NCBI GenBank assembly: GCA_023703655.1
Contig: CP097973.1
Span: 170,663-234,662 of the forward strand
Length of the DNA: 64,000 nucleotides
Source: SAR86 cluster bacterium
GTDB taxonomy: Bacteria; Pseudomonadota; Gammaproteobacteria; Magnimaribacterales; D2472
Reading direction: 5' to 3'
Positions 9,496 to 23,583 of the stretch are shown here, piece by piece. The notes under the pieces are model-generated. The model worked only from the letters and a program-made list of their open reading frames with translations. It did not search any database and was not told the origin of the DNA. The translations under genes and the position numbers were made by a program. Within the stretch, counting starts at the first letter, position 1. Every line of letters starts with the position of its first letter.

Positions 9496-12400
9496 TTGAA
9501 AGATTTATTAAATTTACTCAAATCAAGCCAAGAAGAATTTTCTTCAATTTCGGCTGGGCTTGCTTCACCACAAATGGTTAGATCATGGTCATTTGGTGAA
9601 GTAAAGAAACCTGAAACCATTAACTACAGAACCTTTAAACCAGAAAGAGATGGCCTATTTTGCGCCAAAATTTTTGGGCCTGTAAAAGATTACGAATGTG
9701 TTTGTGGCAAATACAAAAGAATGAAGCACAGAGGTGTGGTATGTGAAAAATGTGGAGTAGAAGTTACTCTTGCAAAAGTGAGGCGCGACAGGATGGGGCA
9801 TATTGAATTGGCTGCGCCAGTTGCACATATTTGGTTTTTAAAATCATTACCATCAAGAATTGGTCTTTTACTAGACTTAACTTTAAGAGAAATAGAAAGA
9901 GTTTTATATTTTGAGAGTTACATAATTACAGACCCAGGGCTCACTGACTTAGAGAAGTGCCAAATTTTAACTGAGGAAGAATATATTGAAACCTTTGACA
10001 CGTATGGAGACGAGTTTACTGCAGGAATGGGAGCTGAGGCAGTCCAACAACTTCTTCAGGAAATTGATCTAGAGGAAGAAATAAGAATTATCAGAGAAGA
10101 GGTACCAAATACTAACTCTGAAACTAAGCTTAAGAAATTATCTAAAAGATTGAAGCTTTTAGAAGCTTTTAAAGATTCTGGTAACAAACCTGAGTGGATG
10201 ATAATGAATGTACTTCCAGTACTGCCTCCTGATTTGAGACCATTGGTTCCACTAGAGGGAGGACGTTTTGCAACATCCGACTTAAATGATTTATACAGAA
10301 GGGTTATTAATAGAAATAATAGGCTTAGAAGGCTATTAGATCTTGGTGCTCCAGAAATAATCGTGCGCAACGAAAAAAGAATGCTACAAGAGAGTGTCGA
10401 CGCACTTCTTGATAATGGCAGACGGGGAAGAGTAATTACTGGCACTAATAAAAGGCCTTTAAAGTCATTAGCAGATATGATTAAGGGAAAAAGTGGTAGG
10501 TTTAGGCAAAATCTTCTCGGAAAAAGAGTAGATTATTCAGGTAGATCAGTAATTGTTGCCGGACCAAACTTAAAGCTACATCAATGTGGCTTACCAAAGA
10601 AAATGGCACTTGAACTATTTAAACCATATGTTTACGGAAAACTTGAAAACAGAGAACTTGCAACTACAATCAAGGCTGCAAAAAAACTGGTTGAAAGAGA
10701 AACACCTGAGGTTTGGGAGATACTCGAGGAAGTGATTAGAGAGCACCCAGTTCTTCTAAATAGAGCACCAACTTTGCATAGATTAGGCATCCAGGCATTT
10801 GAGCCACTTTTGGTTGAAGGAAAAGCAATACAACTTCATCCTCTAGTATGTGTAGCATTTAATGCAGATTTTGATGGTGACCAAATGGCTGTGCATGTTC
10901 CATTAACATTAGAGGCTCAGCTTGAAGCGAGAGCATTAATGATGTCTACAAATAATATTTTGTCTCCAGCTAATGGCGCACCAATCATTAACCCCTCTCA
11001 AGATGTTGTATTAGGTCTTTATTATATGACTCGAACAAAATTTAATGCTAAGGGTTCAGGTCGTGTATTTAGTAATCCAGATGAGGTGCTAAGAGCTTAT
11101 GAATCAGAAACCATTGATTTGCATGCCGACATCAAAGTAAGAATCACAAATGCAGATAATGGAACATTCTTAGAGGATACTACTGTTGGAAGAGTGCTTG
11201 TTTGGAGGATCACTCCAATTGAAGTTGGTTTTGATAATGTAAACATAACATTAGACAAAAAATCAATTAGTAATCTGATAGATATCTCTTACAGAAAATC
11301 TGGGCTTAAGGCTACAGTTATTTTTGCAGATCAATTAATGTATCTAGGTTTTGATTATTCAACTAGATCAGGATCTTCAATAGGTGTTGATGATTTTATT
11401 ATTCCCGAAGAGAAACCAAAAATTATTGATGATGCACAAAAAGAAGTTAAGGAAATTGAAAGCCAGTTCTCATCTGGATTGGTAACTCAAGGTGAGCGCT
11501 ACAATAAAGTTATTGATATTTGGTCTAGGGCAAATGAAAAAGTTGCTAAAGCCATGATGAGTAAGATATCAACTGACAATGTAAAAGATAACGATGGAAA
11601 TGATGTTGAGCAAGCATCATTTAATTCAGTATTTATATATGCTGATTCAGGCGCGAGAGGATCTCCTGCACAAATTAGACAGTTATCAGGTATGAGAGGT
11701 TTAATGTCAAAACCAGATGGTTCAATTATTGAAACTCCAATCACTGCTAACTTTAGAGAGGGTCTATCTGTTTTGCAGTACTTCATATCAACTCATGGTG
11801 CCAGAAAAGGATTAGCAGATACCGCGCTAAAAACTGCAAATTCAGGATACCTAACTAGAAGACTTTGTGATGTGGCAATGGATTCAGTGGTAATAGAGGA
11901 AGATTGTGGAACCGAACAATCAATTAGCATAACCTCAATTATTGATGGAGGTGAAATTATTCAACCACTGTCAGAGAGGATTCTTGGTCGTGTAATCGCT
12001 GAAGATATTAAAGATGATGATGGAAAGATTCTTTACGAGAAAGGACACATGATTGATGAAGATTCTGTATTAAAGATTGATGAATTAAATTTATCAAGTT
12101 TAAATGTAAGGTCTCCAATGACATGCGAATCGACTTATGGTGTTTGCTCAAAATGCTACGGTCGCGATTTAGCAAGAGGTCATCTGGTTCACCGTGGAGA
12201 AGCAGTGGGCGTTGTAGCAGCTCAATCTATTGGTGAGCCAGGAACGCAATTAACAATGAGAACTTTCCACATTGGAGGTGCTGCATCCAGCTCGTCGGAA
12301 GATAATGCTGTCATCATTGAGAATGCAGGACAAATACAATTCTCAGAAGACATTAAAACTGTTGTAAATAAAGATAAGAATGATGTAGTCATATCAAGAA

Positions 12401-13704
12401 ATTCCTCAGTAACTGTTACTGATGAGAATGGAAAATTGATCGAAAAATATAAAATACCATATGGATCCACTTTATTTCAGAAAAATAATACTTTTTTGGA
12501 TGCTGGTACCAAAGTTGCAAGTTGGGATCCATACACGAGACCAATTATTTCTGAAGCCAATGGAACTATTAATTTTATAGATATGGATGATGGTGTTACT
12601 GTCAGGAAAAAAAATGATGAGCTTACCGGCCTAAGTAGCATAGAAATAATTGATTCGTCTGAAAGAACTTCAGCTGGTAAAGAAAAAACTCCTATCCTAG
12701 AAATTGTTGATGCCAAGGGTAAACCAGTTTTGATTGGCGAGCATAAGGCTCCTGCTCGTTATGCAATGCCCGCAAAGTCATTAATTAACCTTAAAGACAA
12801 AAGCAAAATATATGCTGGAGAAGTCATTGCTAGGATTCCATTAGAGGGTTCAAAAACCAAAGATATTACAGGTGGATTGCCTAGAGTTGCCGATTTATTT
12901 GAAGCAAGAAAACCTAAAGATTCTGCTATTCTTGCTGAGGAAAGTGGAGTTATCTCCTTTGGAAAAGAAACCAAGGGAAAAGTAAGACTAGTTATAACTC
13001 CTGATGGAGCTACTAAAAAATCTCAAAATCAAGAGATGTTAATTCCAAAGCATAGAATATTGAGTGTGTTTGAGGGAGAAAAAGTTGAGAAGGGTGATAT
13101 TATTTCTGAAGGCCCTCTTAGCCCACATGATATTTTAAAATTACGAGGAATACCTGAATTAACAAATTTTATTGTTAACGAAATTCAAGATGTTTATAGA
13201 CTTCAAGGAGTTTCAATCAATGACAAACACATTGAGACTATTCTTAGGCAAATGCTTAGAAAGGCTAATATCATTGATGGTGGTGATACTAAGTTTATAC
13301 AAGGTGACCAAGTAGAATATTCTGAATTGGTTGAGGAGAATATCAGGGTTTCAGATCAAAAAAAGCAACCAGCTCAATTTGAGAGAGTTTTACTTGGTAT
13401 AACAAAGGCGTCACTTACCACAAATTCATTTATTTCTGCTGCATCCTTCCAAGAAACAACTAGAGTTTTAACAGAGGCATCTGTTACAGGAAAAAGAGAT
13501 GTACTCAGAGGCTTGAAAGAGAATGTGGTTGTCGGTAGATTGATACCCGCAGGAACCGGTATGGAATATCATGATAAAATGAGTTCGAAGAGAATCTCTT
13601 CAATTGATGATTCAATTTTAACTGCTGATGAGGTGGAAGCTGCGCTTAGGCAAGAACTTCAAGAAAAAGAAGTTGATGTTGACCAGAATACAGATGAAGC
13701 TTAA
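9496..13704 (+). CDS. rpoC: DNA-directed RNA polymerase subunit beta'
   Basis: 1402 aa with a TTG start. Zn finger [20 protein letters not shown] and catalytic NADFDGDQM. Confidence 0.99.
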   Translation: MKDLLNLLKSSQEEFSSISAGLASPQMVRSWSFGEVKKPETINYRTFKPERDGLFCAKIFGPVKDYECVCGKYKRMKHRGVVCEKCGVEVTLAKVRRDRMGHIELAAPVAHIWFLKSLPSRIGLLLDLTLREIERVLYFESYIITDPGLTDLEKCQILTEEEYIETFDTYGDEFTAGMGAEAVQQLLQEIDLEEEIRIIREEVPNTNSETKLKKLSKRLKLLEAFKDSGNKPEWMIMNVLPVLPPDLRPLVPLEGGRFATSDLNDLYRRVINRNNRLRRLLDLGAPEIIVRNEKRMLQESVDALLDNGRRGRVITGTNKRPLKSLADMIKGKSGRFRQNLLGKRVDYSGRSVIVAGPNLKLHQCGLPKKMALELFKPYVYGKLENRELATTIKAAKKLVERETPEVWEILEEVIREHPVLLNRAPTLHRLGIQAFEPLLVEGKAIQLHPLVCVAFNADFDGDQMAVHVPLTLEAQLEARALMMSTNNILSPANGAPIINPSQDVVLGLYYMTRTKFNAKGSGRVFSNPDEVLRAYESETIDLHADIKVRITNADNGTFLEDTTVGRVLVWRITPIEVGFDNVNITLDKKSISNLIDISYRKSGLKATVIFADQLMYLGFDYSTRSGSSIGVDDFIIPEEKPKIIDDAQKEVKEIESQFSSGLVTQGERYNKVIDIWSRANEKVAKAMMSKISTDNVKDNDGNDVEQASFNSVFIYADSGARGSPAQIRQLSGMRGLMSKPDGSIIETPITANFREGLSVLQYFISTHGARKGLADTALKTANSGYLTRRLCDVAMDSVVIEEDCGTEQSISITSIIDGGEIIQPLSERILGRVIAEDIKDDDGKILYEKGHMIDEDSVLKIDELNLSSLNVRSPMTCESTYGVCSKCYGRDLARGHLVHRGEAVGVVAAQSIGEPGTQLTMRTFHIGGAASSSSEDNAVIIENAGQIQFSEDIKTVVNKDKNDVVISRNSSVTVTDENGKLIEKYKIPYGSTLFQKNNTFLDAGTKVASWDPYTRPIISEANGTINFIDMDDGVTVRKKNDELTGLSSIEIIDSSERTSAGKEKTPILEIVDAKGKPVLIGEHKAPARYAMPAKSLINLKDKSKIYAGEVIARIPLEGSKTKDITGGLPRVADLFEARKPKDSAILAEESGVISFGKETKGKVRLVITPDGATKKSQNQEMLIPKHRILSVFEGEKVEKGDIISEGPLSPHDILKLRGIPELTNFIVNEIQDVYRLQGVSINDKHIETILRQMLRKANIIDGGDTKFIQGDQVEYSELVEENIRVSDQKKQPAQFERVLLGITKASLTTNSFISAASFQETTRVLTEASVTGKRDVLRGLKENVVVGRLIPAGTGMEYHDKMSSKRISSIDDSILTADEVEAALRQELQEKEVDVDQNTDEA

Positions 13705-13707
13705 AAT
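13679..13707 (+). promoter_or_regulatory. promoter-like TTGACC-N17-TAAAAT inside the rpoC 3' end, 11 nt before the rpsL ATG
   Basis: Hexamers at 13679-13684 and 13702-13707; the latter overlaps the rpoC stop codon. Spacer is exactly 17 nt. No Shine-Dalgarno between it and the rpsL start. Confidence 0.3.
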
Positions 13708-13718
13708 CACGCACAATT

Positions 13719-14563
<845 letters not shown>

Positions 14564-14568
14564 TAAAA

Positions 14569-16662
14569 ATGTCTAGAAGTACAGAATTAAACAAATATAG
14601 AAACATTGGTATTTGCGCTCATGTTGATGCAGGGAAAACCACAACAACAGAACGGGTCCTTTTTTATACAGGCCTGTCTCACAAAATTGGTGAAGTTCAT
14701 GATGGCGCAGCAACAATGGATTGGATGGAGCAAGAACAAGAAAGGGGTATAACTATCACTTCTGCTGCAACTACATGTTTTTGGTCTGGTATGGAGCAGC
14801 AATACGATCAACATAGAATCAATATTATTGATACACCTGGTCACGTAGACTTCACAATTGAAGTTGAAAGATCTCTGAGAGTGCTAGATGGTGCTGTAGT
14901 TGTTTTTTGCGGTACCTCAGGTGTTGAACCTCAATCTGAAACTGTGTGGAGACAGGCAAACAGATACAATGTTCCAAGGATTGTATTTGTTAATAAAATG
15001 GATCGTGCTGGTGCAGACTTCGAAAGAGTACTTCAACAAATCAAGGACAGATTAAAAGCAAATGTTGTTCCGATACAGCTCAATATTGGTGCAGAGGATG
15101 ATTTTAAAGGTGTTGTTGACCTAATTAACATGAGAGCGATTTATTGGAGTGAGTCCGATCAAGGCTTAACATTTAACTCTGAGGAAATACCTGAAGATTT
15201 AAGGGCGCGTTGCGATGCACTAAGAGAAGAAATGTTAGAAGTGGCAGCTGAAGCTAATGAAGAATTAATGGAAAGCTATCTTGAAAAAGGAGATTTAAGT
15301 ATTGAAGAAATAAAGCAGGGGTTAAGAGTTAGAACTATCTCTAACGAAATTGTTCCAGCGCTTTGCGGAAGTGCATTTAAAAATAAGGGTGTTCAAGCAG
15401 TATTAGATTCAGTTATAGATTTTTTACCTGCGCCAGATGAAGTTGAGGCTATCAAAGGAACACTACCGGGGGATGATGAAACAGAAGCTTCAAGAAGTTC
15501 ATCAGATGATGAGCCATTCTCAGCATTAGCATTCAAAATTGCTACAGACCCATTTGTTGGAACATTAACTTTTATTAGAGTGTATTCAGGAGTTATGTCT
15601 GTAGGAGACTCTGTAATTAATTCAACAAAATCTAAAAAGGAAAGAATTGGAAGAATGGTTCAAATGCACTCAAATAATAGAAATGAACTTAAAGAAATTA
15701 GAGCCGGTGATATCGCTGCATGTATTGGTTTAAAAGACGTTACTACAGGAGATACCTTGTGTGATGCCAATGATGAGATTATTCTTGAAAGAATGGATTT
15801 CCCTGAGCCAGTTATCTCAGTTGCCGTAGAGCCAAAATCAAAAGCAGATCAAGAGAAAATGTCGATCGCACTAGGAAAATTAGCTCAAGAAGATCCTTCA
15901 TTTAGAGTAAACAGTGATGAGGAGTCCGGGCAAACAATTATATCTGGCATGGGCGAACTTCATCTTGATGTCCTTGTTGATAGAATGAAAAGGGAATTTT
16001 CTGTTGAAGCTAATATTGGTAAACCTCAAGTTGCTTATAGAGAAACAATTACCCAAACTGTTGAAATTGAAGGTAAATATGTACGCCAAAGTGGTGGAAG
16101 GGGTCAATACGGCCATGTTTGGTTAAAACTTGAACCTCTTGGACTGGATGACGAATACGAATTCGTTGACGAAATTGTTGGTGGCGCTATACCAAAAGAG
16201 TATATACCTTCTGTTAATAAAGGTATATCTGAACAAATGCAAAATGGAGTGATTGCAGGCTACCCATTATTAGCATTGAAAGCAACTTTGTATGATGGTT
16301 CATTTCACGACGTTGATTCTAGCGAAATGGCCTTTAAAGTAGCTGGCTCTATGGCTTTGAAAGAAGGAGCCTTAAAGGCAAAGCCGGTTTTACTTGAACC
16401 AGTAATGAAGGTTGAAGTGGTAACCCCTGAGGAACATATGGGTGATGTTGTAGGAGATTTGAATAGAAGAAGAGGAATTATTCAAGGCATGGACGAAATA
16501 CCGTCAGGTAAAGTTGTTAGAGCTGAAGTGCCGCTTGCTGAGATGTTTGGATACGCGACAGACGTTAGATCACAAACACAAGGAAGAGCCAGTTTTTCAA
16601 TGGAATTTCTTAAATATGCTGAAGTTCCAAATAATATTGCTGAGCAACTGAAAACTGCTTAA
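14569..16662 (+). CDS. fusA: translation elongation factor EF-G
   Basis: 697 aa with [20 protein letters not shown] and NKMD GTPase motifs. Confidence 0.99.
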   Translation: MSRSTELNKYRNIGICAHVDAGKTTTTERVLFYTGLSHKIGEVHDGAATMDWMEQEQERGITITSAATTCFWSGMEQQYDQHRINIIDTPGHVDFTIEVERSLRVLDGAVVVFCGTSGVEPQSETVWRQANRYNVPRIVFVNKMDRAGADFERVLQQIKDRLKANVVPIQLNIGAEDDFKGVVDLINMRAIYWSESDQGLTFNSEEIPEDLRARCDALREEMLEVAAEANEELMESYLEKGDLSIEEIKQGLRVRTISNEIVPALCGSAFKNKGVQAVLDSVIDFLPAPDEVEAIKGTLPGDDETEASRSSSDDEPFSALAFKIATDPFVGTLTFIRVYSGVMSVGDSVINSTKSKKERIGRMVQMHSNNRNELKEIRAGDIAACIGLKDVTTGDTLCDANDEIILERMDFPEPVISVAVEPKSKADQEKMSIALGKLAQEDPSFRVNSDEESGQTIISGMGELHLDVLVDRMKREFSVEANIGKPQVAYRETITQTVEIEGKYVRQSGGRGQYGHVWLKLEPLGLDDEYEFVDEIVGGAIPKEYIPSVNKGISEQMQNGVIAGYPLLALKATLYDGSFHDVDSSEMAFKVAGSMALKEGALKAKPVLLEPVMKVEVVTPEEHMGDVVGDLNRRRGIIQGMDEIPSGKVVRAEVPLAEMFGYATDVRSQTQGRASFSMEFLKYAEVPNNIAEQLKTA

Positions 16663-16669
16663 ATTCTTA

Positions 16670-16699
16670 TTGACATATCACCTTGTTAGAGCCTAGAAT
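16670..16699 (+). promoter_or_regulatory. sigma70-like promoter for the S10 operon: TTGACA-N18-TAGAAT followed by ACGCAACC
   Basis: Consensus -35 at 16670-16675 and -10 at 16694-16699, in the 66-nt fusA-rpsJ gap. Confidence 0.5.
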
Positions 16700-16728
16700 A
16701 CGCAACCTTTGTATGATTTGGTGTTTAT

Positions 16729-17040
16729 ATGGAACAACAAAATATTAGAATAAGACTTAAAGCTTTTGACTATCGTCTTATTGATGCTTCAGCAAGATTA
16801 ATTTCCGAAACTGCAAAGAAAACAGGAGCTACGGTAAAAGGTCCTATACCGTTACCTGTTAAAAAAGAGAGAACAACTATACTGATTTCTCCGCACAAAG
16901 ATAAAGATGCCAGAGATCAGTATGAAATTAGGACTTATAAAAGGTTGATGGACATTGTTCAACCAACTGATAAAACGGTCGATGCACTAATGAAGCTCGA
17001 TTTGTCATCAGGAGTAGACGTTCAAATCAGTTTAGGGTGA
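16729..17040 (+). CDS. rpsJ: 30S ribosomal protein S10
   Basis: 103 aa: [11 protein letters not shown]...LIDASA... Confidence 0.99.
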   Translation: MEQQNIRIRLKAFDYRLIDASARLISETAKKTGATVKGPIPLPVKKERTTILISPHKDKDARDQYEIRTYKRLMDIVQPTDKTVDALMKLDLSSGVDVQISLG

Positions 17041-17104
17041 TTTGAAACTTTTTTTAACGTAACACGGCCATAGAGGGTAAAGCCCCGTAAAAAAGGAGAA
17101 TAAA

Positions 17105-17737
17105 TTGAGCATAGGCTTAATAGGTAAAAAAGCAGGCATGTCGAGACTCTTTGAAGAGGACGGCACATCAGTTGCAGTAACTGTAATCTCTGTTGCTGGT
17201 AACACAGTTATTTCAGTTCAAAATCAACAAAAGTGTGGTTACTCTTCTGTAACTCTCTCAAAAAATCACTTTGATAAAAGGAAACTTAATAAGCCACTAA
17301 ATGAATTCTTCAAAAAAACTAATATTGCACCTGGTAATCTTCAAGAATTCAGAGTTAAAGAAGGAGAAGATTTTAGCATTGGACAAACTATTGATGCTTC
17401 ATTATTTGAAGAGGGCGATCAGCTTGATATTACTGGAAAATCCAAAGGTAAAGGTTACGCTGGTGTGATCAAAAGACATAACTTTAGAATGCAAGATGCT
17501 ACCCATGGTAATTCGTTATCTCATAGAGCTCATGGTTCAACCGGACAGTGCCAAACACCTGGTCGAGTATGGAAAGGAAAAAAAATGTCAGGTCAAATGG
17601 GTAACGAAAGAAAAACTATTCAAAACCTAAAACTTGTAAAAACAGATATCGAGAATAATTTATTATTTGTCAAAGGTGCTGTACCTGGACCGACAGGCTC
17701 AATTTTAAAAATCACTAAATCTGTAAAATACTCATGA
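17105..17737 (+). CDS. rplC: 50S ribosomal protein L3
   Basis: 210 aa with a TTG start after [23 protein letters not shown]... Confidence 0.97.
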   Translation: MSIGLIGKKAGMSRLFEEDGTSVAVTVISVAGNTVISVQNQQKCGYSSVTLSKNHFDKRKLNKPLNEFFKKTNIAPGNLQEFRVKEGEDFSIGQTIDASLFEEGDQLDITGKSKGKGYAGVIKRHNFRMQDATHGNSLSHRAHGSTGQCQTPGRVWKGKKMSGQMGNERKTIQNLKLVKTDIENNLLFVKGAVPGPTGSILKITKSVKYS

Positions 17738-18354
17738 AAATCAGTCTTGTTAACGGAAAATCCAAGAAAGAAGATATAAATATTTCTAAAGCAATATTTG
17801 GTAATGACTTTAATCAAGACTTAGTTCATCAAGCGGTTGTAAGTTTTTTAGCAGGTGGGAGACAAGGTTCTCATAAACAAAAGAATAGATCCGATGTTAG
17901 AGGCGGTGGAAGAAAACCTTTTAGACAAAAAGGGACCGGCAGAGCGAGAGCTGGAACAATAAGAAGCCCATTATGGCGTGGTGGTGGAGTTGCATTTGCA
18001 TCAAGCAACAGGGATTACGCAAAAAAAATTAACAAGAAAATGTATAGAGCTGCCATAAAATCTATATTATCTGAACTATTCAGACAAGAACGAATTCTTG
18101 CGCTTTCAAAACCTAAACTTAAGGCTCCCAAAACAAAAGAAATGGTCAAAGTTTTAAAAGAAAACAAACTTGAGAAGGAAAGCATCCTTTTTATACTCGA
18201 TGAAATAGATTTAAACTTTCATTTGTCTGCAAGAAATATTCCAAATGTCGAGGTGGCCACAGTCAAGGAAATCAATCCTGTTTTATTATTACGATCTGAG
18301 AAGGTTGTAATTGTGCCTGAAGCCTTTAAATTGATTGAGGATTGGATAAGATGA
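17734..18354 (+). CDS. rplD: 50S ribosomal protein L4
   Basis: 206 aa: ...[29 protein letters not shown]... Confidence 0.98.
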   Translation: MKISLVNGKSKKEDINISKAIFGNDFNQDLVHQAVVSFLAGGRQGSHKQKNRSDVRGGGRKPFRQKGTGRARAGTIRSPLWRGGGVAFASSNRDYAKKINKKMYRAAIKSILSELFRQERILALSKPKLKAPKTKEMVKVLKENKLEKESILFILDEIDLNFHLSARNIPNVEVATVKEINPVLLLRSEKVVIVPEAFKLIEDWIR

Positions 18355-18647
18355 ACAAACAAAACTTATACAGAATTATAGAATCCCCTCATATCACTGA
18401 GAAGACTTCTTCATTATCAACAAACAATAACCAAGTTGTATTCAGAGTAAATAAATCTGCAACAAAGAATCAAATTAAAAAAGCTGTTGAAGAATTATTT
18501 AGTGTCAGTGTTACTTCTGTTACTACTTCCATTTCAAAGGGTAAGACTAAAAGAAATAAGTTTGGTTCATACAAAAGATCAGACTTTAAGAAAGCATTTG
18601 TTTCTCTAAAGCAAGGCGATGAAATTAAATTTGAGGGCATCTCATAA
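18351..18647 (+). CDS. rplW: 50S ribosomal protein L23
   Basis: I prefer the ATG at 18351 (ATGA overlap with the rplD stop), giving [20 protein letters not shown]... An in-frame ATG at 18342 is the alternative. Confidence 0.95.
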   Translation: MNKQNLYRIIESPHITEKTSSLSTNNNQVVFRVNKSATKNQIKKAVEELFSVSVTSVTTSISKGKTKRNKFGSYKRSDFKKAFVSLKQGDEIKFEGIS

Positions 18648-19471
18648 TGAGTGTTATCAAAGCAAAACCAACTAGTCCAGGAAGAAGATTTGTTGTATCT
18701 GTCAAAAGAGATCTTTACAAGGGCAAACCATACAAGCCTTTGACTGAGAAAAAATCAAAAAATGGTGGCAGAAATAATCTTGGCAGAATTACTACTCGAC
18801 ATAAAGGTGGAGGCCATAAACATCATTACAGAATCATTGATTTTAAAAGGTCAAAGTTCGGTATAACTGGCACAGTTGAAAGAATTGAGTATGATCCAAA
18901 TCGTTCAGCATTCATTGCTCTTATCAAATATGAGGATGGTGATCGTTCATACATAATTGCACCATCAAAGATTACAGTTGGATCAAAAGTATTATCAGCA
19001 GAGCAAACAGAGATAAGCCCTGGTAATTCGATGAAAATGTCAAATATACCTCTTGGTACAAACGTTCACTGCGTAGAAATGAAGCCAGGAAAGGGTGGAC
19101 AAATTGCAAGATCAGCTGGATCAAGTGCAAGAATAGTTGCGAAAGAAGGTATATATACTACATTGAGACTTCAATCTGGTGAAATGAGAAAAATTTTATC
19201 AGAATGCAGAGCAACCATCGGCGTAGTTTCAAATTCTGAAAACAATTTAAGATCTTTTGGTAAAGCTGGCGCAAAAAGATGGAAGGGTATCAGGCCTACC
19301 GTGAGGGGTGTTGCTATGAATCCAATAGATCATCCTCATGGAGGAGGTGAAGGAAGAACCTCAGGAGGAAGACATCCTTCATCACCATGGGGTATGCCAA
19401 CGAAAGGCTTTAAGACAAGAAAAAATACAAGATCTGATAACTTAATTGTTAGAAGAAGGGGTAAACGTTAA
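18647..19471 (+). CDS. rplB: 50S ribosomal protein L2
   Basis: 274 aa: ...[23 protein letters not shown]... Confidence 0.99.
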   Translation: MSVIKAKPTSPGRRFVVSVKRDLYKGKPYKPLTEKKSKNGGRNNLGRITTRHKGGGHKHHYRIIDFKRSKFGITGTVERIEYDPNRSAFIALIKYEDGDRSYIIAPSKITVGSKVLSAEQTEISPGNSMKMSNIPLGTNVHCVEMKPGKGGQIARSAGSSARIVAKEGIYTTLRLQSGEMRKILSECRATIGVVSNSENNLRSFGKAGAKRWKGIRPTVRGVAMNPIDHPHGGGEGRTSGGRHPSSPWGMPTKGFKTRKNTRSDNLIVRRRGKR

Positions 19472-19472
19472 T

Positions 19473-19745
19473 ATGCCACGTTCGCTTAAAAAAGGACCAT
19501 TTATAGATTTATCATTGCAAAAAAAAATTGATAAAGCTATTTCTGAAAACAGTAAAAAACCAATTAAAACATGGTCAAGACGATCTATGATTTCTCCTAA
19601 TATGGTTGGTCTTACAATATCTGTTCACAATGGGAGACAGCATGTGCCAGTATTTATAAATGAAGACATGGTTGGTCACAAATTGGGTGAATTTGCAATA
19701 ACAAGAACTTTTAAACTGCATTCAGGAGACAGAAAGGCTAAATAA
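19473..19745 (+). CDS. rpsS: 30S ribosomal protein S19
   Basis: True start is [12 protein letters not shown] at 19473. The track start at 19446 lies inside rplB. Confidence 0.98.
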   Translation: MPRSLKKGPFIDLSLQKKIDKAISENSKKPIKTWSRRSMISPNMVGLTISVHNGRQHVPVFINEDMVGHKLGEFAITRTFKLHSGDRKAK

Positions 19746-20083
19746 TGGAAACTAGAGCATTTTTAAAAGGTACTAGGTTGTCTTCTCAAAAGGCAAATCT
19801 TGTAGCTGGTGTAGTTAGGGATATGTCTATTGAACAGGCTATAGATTTCCTGAGTTTTAGCAAAAAGAAGGGTGCTAGAGTTATTAAAAAATTACTTGAT
19901 TCAGCTTTGGCAAATGCTGAAAACAATCATAATGCAGATATTGATAAACTGAGGATAAAGTCGTTGATTGTAAATCAAGGCATGCGACTTAAAAGAATTA
20001 AACCTAGAGCAAGAGGAAGGGCAGACAGGATTACAAAACCTACATGCCATATTGAAATAATACTTACGGACGAGGCAATATAA
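19745..20083 (+). CDS. rplV: 50S ribosomal protein L22
   Basis: 112 aa, in the conserved position and with a conserved sequence. Confidence 0.98.
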   Translation: METRAFLKGTRLSSQKANLVAGVVRDMSIEQAIDFLSFSKKKGARVIKKLLDSALANAENNHNADIDKLRIKSLIVNQGMRLKRIKPRARGRADRITKPTCHIEIILTDEAI

Positions 20084-20736
20084 TGGGTCAGAAGGTACAT
20101 CCAACTGGTTTTAGATTAGGTGTCATTAAAAAGCATCGTGCTAGCTGGTACGCAAAAGGAAGATCGTTTAAAGAAAATCTTATTGAAGATTTAAAGGTAA
20201 GAGATTTTTTAAAGAAAAAGTTACGTTTTTCTTCTGTCAGTAGTGTTGATATTGAAAGATCTGCGCAAAACTTTATTGTAACTATAAATACCTCAAGACC
20301 TGGCATTATAATTGGCAAAAAAGGCGAGGAAATTGAAGAAATCAAGAAAGCTATAGAAAAAATTGTTAACAGATCCGCTCAGATCAATATTAAAGAGATT
20401 AGAAAACCTGACTTAGATGCAACAATTCTTGCTGAAGGAATTGCTCAGCAACTTGAGCGAAGAGTTCAGTTCAGACGTGCCATGAAAAGAGCAGTTCAAA
20501 GCTCTTTAAGACAAGGCGCTAAAGGAGTAAGAACTGAGGTCTCAGGACGGTTGGGTGGAGCTGAAATAGCAAGAACTGAGTGGTATCGGGAGGGCAGAGT
20601 TCCGCTTCATACGCTTAGAGCTGACGTGGATTATGGTACAGCTGAGGCTGCAACAACTTATGGAATTATTGGTGTCAAAGTATGGGTCTATCGAGGTGAA
20701 ATTATGGACGACCCATTTAAAGAGGAAAATAAATAA
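20083..20736 (+). CDS. rpsC: 30S ribosomal protein S3
   Basis: 217 aa: [13 protein letters not shown]... with a KH domain. Confidence 0.99.
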   Translation: MGQKVHPTGFRLGVIKKHRASWYAKGRSFKENLIEDLKVRDFLKKKLRFSSVSSVDIERSAQNFIVTINTSRPGIIIGKKGEEIEEIKKAIEKIVNRSAQINIKEIRKPDLDATILAEGIAQQLERRVQFRRAMKRAVQSSLRQGAKGVRTEVSGRLGGAEIARTEWYREGRVPLHTLRADVDYGTAEAATTYGIIGVKVWVYRGEIMDDPFKEENK

Positions 20737-21140
20737 TGCTTCAGCCTAAACAGACTAAATTTAGAAAAATGCATAAGGGCAGAAATAGAGGCCTTGCACA
20801 AAACGGAAGCACTATAGCCTTCGGTAAGTTTGGACTAAAAGCATCTACAAGAGGAAGAATTACCGCTAGACAAATAGAATCGGCTAGGCGAGCTATGACA
20901 AGATATATAAAAAGAGGTGGTAATATTTGGATAAGAATCTTTCCAGATAAACCAATTACAAAGAAACCTTTAGAAACTAGAATGGGCAAGGGAAAAGGTA
21001 ATGTTGAGTACTGGGTGTCATTAGTGCAACCTGGCAAAATATTATATGAGATGTCTGGAGTCTCAGAAGAGATTGCAAGAGAGGCTTTCAGGCTAGCATC
21101 TGCAAAACTTCCAGTAAAAACTACTTTCGTAAAGAAATAA
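20736..21140 (+). CDS. rplP: 50S ribosomal protein L16
   Basis: 134 aa: [19 protein letters not shown]... Confidence 0.99.
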   Translation: MLQPKQTKFRKMHKGRNRGLAQNGSTIAFGKFGLKASTRGRITARQIESARRAMTRYIKRGGNIWIRIFPDKPITKKPLETRMGKGKGNVEYWVSLVQPGKILYEMSGVSEEIAREAFRLASAKLPVKTTFVKK

Positions 21141-21146
21141 ATACAT

Positions 21147-21368
21147 ATGGCTAAGACTAAAGAAAATACATTCAGCACATATTTAGGTAAAACCAATAAG
21201 GAGCTCATGGTATTACTTAATGATGAGATGTCTTCATTATTTGATATGCGAATGAAACATAAAACTGGACAAATGAATGAGACCCATAATCTTAAACTTG
21301 CAAGAAAAAAAATTGCACAGATAAAAACTGCAATGAATGTAAATAAAGAAAGAGAGAATCAATCATGA
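21147..21368 (+). CDS. rpmC: 50S ribosomal protein L29
   Basis: 73 aa in the conserved position. The core ...[20 protein letters not shown]... is L29-like. The N-terminus is about 10 aa longer than in E. coli. Confidence 0.93.
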   Translation: MAKTKENTFSTYLGKTNKELMVLLNDEMSSLFDMRMKHKTGQMNETHNLKLARKKIAQIKTAMNVNKERENQS

Positions 21369-21640
21369 GTGGTAACCCCAGAACATTATCAGGAGTTGTG
21401 GTCAGCAATAAGGCTGACAAGACTATAACTGTCCTTGTTGAAAGGAAAGTTAAGCATTCGAAGTATGGGAAAATAATTAAACGAAGAAGTAAACTTCATG
21501 CACATGATGAAGAAAATGCTGCAAATTTAGGTGACAAGGTAACTATTAGAGAATCAAAGCCATATTCAAAGACAAAAACTTGGCTTTTGGTAAGTAACAC
21601 AAATAATAATAGTGCTAATAATGATGAGGTGGCTGAATGA
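21365..21640 (+). CDS. rpsQ: 30S ribosomal protein S17
   Basis: 91 aa: ...[29 protein letters not shown]... Confidence 0.98.
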   Translation: MSGNPRTLSGVVVSNKADKTITVLVERKVKHSKYGKIIKRRSKLHAHDEENAANLGDKVTIRESKPYSKTKTWLLVSNTNNNSANNDEVAE

Positions 21641-22005
21641 TTCAAATGCAATCAGTACTAAATATCGCAGATAACAGCGGAGCTAAAAGTGTCATGTGTA
21701 TAAAAGTATTAGGTGGATCTAAAAGGAGATATGCCAATATAGGTGATGTAATTAAAGTGGCAGTTAAAGAAGCCATACCAAATGGCAAGGTAAAGAAGGG
21801 TCAAGTAGTAAATGCATTAATCGTTAGATCTAAAAAAGGGGTAAGAAGAAATGATGGCTCCTTAATCAAGTTTGATGAAAATGCGGCAGTATTATTAAAT
21901 CAACAACAAGCTCCAATTGGAACAAGAGTATTCGGTCCGGTTACAAGAGAGCTTAGAGTTGGAAGTTTCATGAAAATTCTATCATTGGCACCAGAGGTTT
22001 TATGA
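21637..22005 (+). CDS. rplN: 50S ribosomal protein L14
   Basis: 122 aa: [17 protein letters not shown]... Confidence 0.99.
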   Translation: MIQMQSVLNIADNSGAKSVMCIKVLGGSKRRYANIGDVIKVAVKEAIPNGKVKKGQVVNALIVRSKKGVRRNDGSLIKFDENAAVLLNQQQAPIGTRVFGPVTRELRVGSFMKILSLAPEVL

Positions 22006-22331
22006 ATTCAATTAGAACGAAGACAAAATTTATTAGTGGCGACGAAGTTGTAATCATTGCAGGAAAGGATTTAGGCAAGAGAGGCACTATTCAAAAAATC
22101 TTTAAAAATAATAAGGCCACTGTTTCAGGAATAAATTTAATGAAGAAACATACAAAACCAAATCCTCAAATGGGAATTACTGGCGGTATAGTTGAAAAAG
22201 AGGCTGCAATTGATATTTCAAATATCGCAATTTGGAATCCAAAAAAAAAGAAAGCAGATAGGATTGGTTACCTAATTGAAGATACTAATGAGAAAGTAAG
22301 AATATTCAAATCAGATAAATCAAAGATATAA
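22002..22331 (+). CDS. rplX: 50S ribosomal protein L24
   Basis: 109 aa with KOW motif [16 protein letters not shown]. Confidence 0.97.
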   Translation: MNSIRTKTKFISGDEVVIIAGKDLGKRGTIQKIFKNNKATVSGINLMKKHTKPNPQMGITGGIVEKEAAIDISNIAIWNPKKKKADRIGYLIEDTNEKVRIFKSDKSKI

Positions 22332-22332
22332 C

Positions 22333-22869
22333 ATGAATTTACAAGACACATATAATAAGGAAATTGCACCCAAACTAATGAGTGATCTGGGTATTAACAA
22401 TATTATGGCAGTTCCTAGGTTAAAAAAGGTTGTAATAAATATGGGTGTTGGAGAAGCAGCAATTGATAAAAAGTATCTTGAATCTGCAAAGTCCGATTTA
22501 ACTGCAATTGCTGGTCAACAAGCAATCATCACATATGCTAGGAAATCAGTTGCAAGCTTCAAAATCCGTGAAGGGTGGCCCATGGGCTGTAAAGCTACAT
22601 TACGAGGCAAAAGGATGTTTGACTTCATCGAACGTCTGGTTAATGTTGCTATTCCAAGGGAAAGAGATTTCAGGGGATTAAATCCAAAATCTTTTGATGA
22701 GCAAGGAAACTATAACTTAGGGATAAAAGAACAAATCATCTTCCCTGAAATTAATTACGACAACATTGACAAAATAAGAGGCATGGATATTTGCATAAAC
22801 ATATCTGCTAACAATAAAACTGACGCTTTGGCACTTTTGCAGGCGTTAAATTTTCCATTTAGGAATTGA
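22333..22869 (+). CDS. rplE: 50S ribosomal protein L5
   Basis: 178 aa, in the conserved position and with a conserved sequence. Confidence 0.98.
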   Translation: MNLQDTYNKEIAPKLMSDLGINNIMAVPRLKKVVINMGVGEAAIDKKYLESAKSDLTAIAGQQAIITYARKSVASFKIREGWPMGCKATLRGKRMFDFIERLVNVAIPRERDFRGLNPKSFDEQGNYNLGIKEQIIFPEINYDNIDKIRGMDICINISANNKTDALALLQALNFPFRN

Positions 22870-22872
22870 ATT

Positions 22873-23178
22873 ATGACTAGAAAATCCATAGTTGCTAGGC
22901 AAAAAAAACGTGAAAAGATCGTCACTAGATATAAAAATAAAAGAGAGCAATTAAAAAGCATTTTTCAAAATATGAACAATTCTTATGATGAAAGGATGGC
23001 TGCTTATCAAAAATTTCAAAAACTACCAAGAAATGCGAGTCCTTCGAGGTTAGTTAGAAGATGCTCAATTACTGGAAGACCACACGCGGTTTATAGAAAA
23101 TTTGGTCTTAGTAGAATAAAACTAAGGGAAGCAGCAATGCGTGGCGAAATTCCGGGATTAACTAAATCAAGCTGGTAA
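22873..23178 (+). CDS. rpsN: 30S ribosomal protein S14 (long, non-zinc form)
   Basis: 101 aa: ...[25 protein letters not shown]... Confidence 0.98.
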   Translation: MTRKSIVARQKKREKIVTRYKNKREQLKSIFQNMNNSYDERMAAYQKFQKLPRNASPSRLVRRCSITGRPHAVYRKFGLSRIKLREAAMRGEIPGLTKSSW

Positions 23179-23184
23179 TAAATT

Positions 23185-23580
23185 ATGAGTTTTCAAGACC
23201 CCATAGCAGATTGTCTTACAAGAATAAGAAATGGACTACTAAGAGGCAAGCAATCAATCGAGATGCCTTTCTCAAAACTGAAAAAGGAGCTGATAGATTT
23301 GCTTATTAAGGAAGGCTATTTATTGAGTTGTCAAACAATAAAAAGAGAAAACCAATCTCATATCGAAGTTCATCTCAAATATTTAGATAACACTCCTGCT
23401 ATTAAGAACTTAAGCAGAGTAAGTAAACCAAGTTTAAGAAAGTATTCTGGTGCATCTGATTTAAAAACTGTAAAGAATGGACTGGGCATTTATGTTCTTT
23501 CAACAAATCAAGGACTTCTAACTGATAAGCAAGCAAGATTAAAGAACATTGGTGGCGAAATAATTTGTGAGGTATTTTAA
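23185..23580 (+). CDS. rpsH: 30S ribosomal protein S8
   Basis: 131 aa: MSFQDPIADCLTRIRNG... Confidence 0.98.
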   Translation: MSFQDPIADCLTRIRNGLLRGKQSIEMPFSKLKKELIDLLIKEGYLLSCQTIKRENQSHIEVHLKYLDNTPAIKNLSRVSKPSLRKYSGASDLKTVKNGLGIYVLSTNQGLLTDKQARLKNIGGEIICEVF

Positions 23581-23583
23581 AAA

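Noticed and set aside
17041-17104. Possible structured element or terminator in the 64-nt rpsJ-rplC gap
   Set aside because: Only 3-4 bp complementary segments (ACGG/CCGT, GGC/GCC) are present and there is no T-tract. The end of the gap is occupied by a normal AAAGGAG Shine-Dalgarno for rplC.
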